A stretch of 64,000 nucleotides of DNA, from NCBI RefSeq assembly GCF_009914755.1, contig NC_060935.1. One strand, written 5' to 3'. This DNA comes from the human T2T-CHM13v2.0 reference genome, Homo sapiens. The notes beneath the pieces are model-generated. The model had not been told where the DNA came from and searched no databases. It saw nothing but the letters and a program-made list of their open reading frames with translations. Below, piece by piece: positions 63,467 through 64,000 of the stretch (position 1 is its first letter; each line of letters begins with the position of its first letter). A program made the translations under genes and the position numbers.

Positions 63467-63998
63467 ATAAACTGCCCAGCTATTGGCGCAGATTACAGTA
63501 GGTGTCACTTCCTTGGTGATTACCATCCACATTGCCCTGAGTTTAGCTTATTGGCAACTTTGCCTACACCTGGTTTTAAACCACGTGGTGTCAGTACTAG
63601 GCTGGGCTGCACCAGCACTCCAGGCAGCAGTAGCACCCCAGCTAGACCCAGCTGTGTACCATGCCCTATTAGGAATGGGGGGATGCCCTTCCTAATGGTG
63701 AAGGCTCAGGGTCTAGGGGTGCCTCACGCCCCATGGCCTTATCTTGTATTAGGACTACAAGCCCTAAAACCTCTTGTAACTCTGCTGCTAAGGGAGTCGT
63801 ACTCAGCATACTCCGCTGCTCTAAGTAGGCACCCTACTTCATTAAAATGGATGTCTGCACCATCCTTGTCCAGGGGCTCATTATCCACGAATGCACCCAT
63901 CCAGCTACAGGGCAAGTTGCCTGCATGATGACTGTAACCCATCCTGCCATGCTCTTATGGGCCTGAAGGGCAGCATATGCAGTCACTAGCTGCTTTCC
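63458..63998 (-). pseudogene. pol: Class III ERV pol remnant: RT connection domain plus partial RNase H
   Basis: Manual minus-strand translation: KQLVTAYAALQ...PVAGWVHSW...ILMK*GAYLEQR; after a frameshift AWYTAGS...QSCQ*AKLRAMW...ICANSWAVYQSL. Confidence 0.85.
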
Positions 63999-64000
63999 CA

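Noticed and set aside
62521-63928. 218-aa and 154-aa plus-strand ORFs
   Set aside because: Antisense to the LTR18/pol remnant, non-ATG starts, no recognisable protein

Overview
Primate (human-like) AT-rich, CpG-depleted genomic DNA, either intergenic or intronic. No intact protein-coding gene is supported; nearly all ORF-track entries are by-products of Alu, L1 or LTR sequence. The window is mostly interspersed repeats: about 13 Alus plus a FLAM, a 3.9-kb 5'-truncated young L1PA, older L1/L2/MIR fragments, a full-length THE1 (MaLR) element, several MLT/MST solo LTRs and DNA transposon fossils. The right end holds a minus-strand LTR18/HERV-S (HERVL18) provirus running off the window. Other content: a full-length GAPDH processed pseudogene (39001-40330, minus) and a 5'-half tRNA-Ile(AAT) retrocopy. 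I found no convincing new biological system. The best leads are: a ~52-bp structured insert and an Alu sharing one target site (three TSD copies, 16298-16718); a 370-bp ~94% direct repeat of apparently non-TE DNA (35378-37288); an ERV whose pol breaks off inside RNase H next to a minisatellite and the PPT, with G-to-A-biased damage; and two 21-bp templated insertions in the GAPDH retrocopy. Repeat subfamily names come from remembered consensus motifs, not from a database search.
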